Of a stretch of DNA of 64,000 nucleotides, positions 62,970 through 64,000 are shown piece after piece. A program made the translations under genes and the position numbers. Origin of the DNA: an uncultured Arenicella sp. (lineage in GTDB: Bacteria; Pseudomonadota; Gammaproteobacteria; Arenicellales; Arenicellaceae); contig OX044369.1 of assembly GCA_943846765.1 (NCBI GenBank), positions 1,832,715 to 1,896,714 of the forward strand, written 5' to 3'. Every line of letters starts with the position of its first letter. Position 1 is the first letter of the stretch. A model generated the notes under the pieces. That model was not told where the DNA came from. It saw only the letters and a program-made list of their open reading frames with translations, and searched no databases.

Positions 62970-63255
62970 TCGTAACCTCAGATTCGATCAATGGTAGCCC
63001 TGAATAGTCAGAGTGAAGAGCGTTAAGTTCGACGTCAGCGTTAAGTTCAATAGTGTCGGCACCATTACCGCTAACACAACCAGGTACGCCAGCATTGTCA
63101 TCCGCGTTTGCCGATACAATTGCGTCAATAAGCTTACAGCCAACATTGTCTACAGTGATGGTCGCTGCATCCACCGGCGCAACGAGCAGCGCGTTACTGA
63201 CGGCTAGAGCCAATGCGCTCAGTTTTAAAGTGTTGCTGGCGTGCTTTTTAGTCAT
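62908..63255 (-). pseudogene. 5' fragment of a large exported CSLREA-like/beta-helix surface protein gene
   Basis: A signal peptide and the N-terminal motif ITVDNVGCKLIDAIVSAN...GADTIEL...TINGNN. After TINGNN the frame reads antisense AAA-gene sequence and stops. Confidence 0.45.
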
Positions 63256-63356
63256 GTTTAATTCAAGTCAAGGGACTAATACTATTGTGTAATTGTTAGA
63301 GTGATAACAGTGTTGTTGATGGGGCTAATCAAATCTCTGCCAATCTATCTACCCGC

Positions 63357-64000
63357 TTACGCGAAATCTTCTTTAAGCTTAAATTTTAGAACTTTACCAG
63401 CTGGATTACGAGGCAGTTCATCAACAATATGTAGGCGCAGAGGTAATTTATACCGTGCCAATTGTGTTTCTGCAAATGCCCTTAATTCCTCTAATTCTAG
63501 CGTTTTGCCTTTATGCAAGGCGGCGACGGCTGTTACGGCTTCGCCCCATTTTTCGTCAGGCATGCCAATAACGGCTACTTCCGCAATCGCCTCGTGCTTG
63601 AATAAAACACTCTCGACTTCAGCAGGGTAAACGTTTTCCCCGCCTGAAATAACCATATCCTTCAATCGGTCACATATAAATACAAAGCCTTCATCATCTT
63701 TATACCCAACGTCACCAGAGTGAAACCAGCCCTCTCTATCAATCGCTTCGGCGGTTGCTTCTGGACGGTTCCAATAACCCTTCATAATGTTTGGGCCTTT
63801 TATGCAGATTTCGCCGCGTACTTCTGCGCCTACTTCCGCATTGTCGTTATCGACAATTCGGACTTCGGTATACATCGGCGCTTGCCCAGCAGAACCAAGT
63901 TTGCTCAAGGCAAATTCAGGCGTTAGAAATGTTGCAAAAGGCGCTGTTTCTGTCAGGCCATAACCTTGGCAAAAGTCTACGCCACGTTCTGCGTAAAGCG
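63357..64000 (-). CDS. AMP-dependent acyl-CoA synthetase/ligase, C-terminal part (5' end outside window)
   Basis: GYGLTETAP (encoded at 63.94-63.97 kb), GEICIKGPNIMKGYWN, WFHSGDVGY, RLKDMVISGGENVYP, PRNPAGKVLK. The frame is open to the window end. Confidence 0.85.
   Translation of the reverse strand, partial: LYAERGVDFCQGYGLTETAPFATFLTPEFALSKLGSAGQAPMYTEVRIVDNDNAEVGAEVRGEICIKGPNIMKGYWNRPEATAEAIDREGWFHSGDVGYKDDEGFVFICDRLKDMVISGGENVYPAEVESVLFKHEAIAEVAVIGMPDEKWGEAVTAVAALHKGKTLELEELRAFAETQLARYKLPLRLHIVDELPRNPAGKVLKFKLKEDFA

Noticed and set aside
63301-63630. 109-aa plus-strand ORF, and 63720..63926.
   Set aside because: Both are antisense to the acyl-CoA synthetase gene, whose AMP-binding motifs are unambiguous.

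Overview
This is a 64-kb chromosomal segment of a gammaproteobacterium. A marine Cellvibrionales/Oceanospirillales-like origin is only a guess from gene content. I support about 55 protein genes. I saw no rRNA, tRNA, CRISPR array, IS element, integrase or relaxase. Positions 1-17 kb are conserved backbone: ponA(mrcA) divergent from pilMNOPQ, then aroK, gltBD and hemE, with the usual aroB missing. At 17.7-31.6 kb, tesA and the ybbA/ybbP-like ABC pair, which are divergent neighbours in E. coli, are separated by a ~10-kb carbohydrate-uptake island. The island holds a TauD/CAS-like dioxygenase, a fungal-type xylose-reductase-like AKR, a GntR regulator, a GH31 hydrolase, an SSS symporter and a TonB receptor. 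An identical 16-bp operator-like palindrome occurs twice in it. Positions 31.6-64 kb are an accessory-looking mosaic: a FAN1-like nuclease fused to a DnaQ exonuclease, an orphan dgoD, a protease-FHA operon, MATE, DUF885, a TetR-controlled flavoprotein operon, an iodotyrosine-deiodinase-like nitroreductase, and a deletion scar of two convergent truncated genes. The most interesting signal is two separated operons, 36.6-40.4 kb and 56.6-61.0 kb. They encode Dot/Icm (IncI, type IVB) derived parts: a DotA/TraY-like membrane protein with two exported partners, and a DotL/IcmO/TrbC-like coupling ATPase with a TrbB/DsbG-like oxidoreductase. A DUF2235 (Tle1-like) lipase candidate sits in the second operon. 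No other T4SS core gene is in the window. Both operon leaders carry the same rare GCCA-AGGA-UGGC hairpin, a textbook CsrA/RsmA-type site. The 406-bp leader of the second operon is strongly enriched in AAGGA motifs. All homology statements come from reading the translations and recalled family motifs. No searches or alignments were run.
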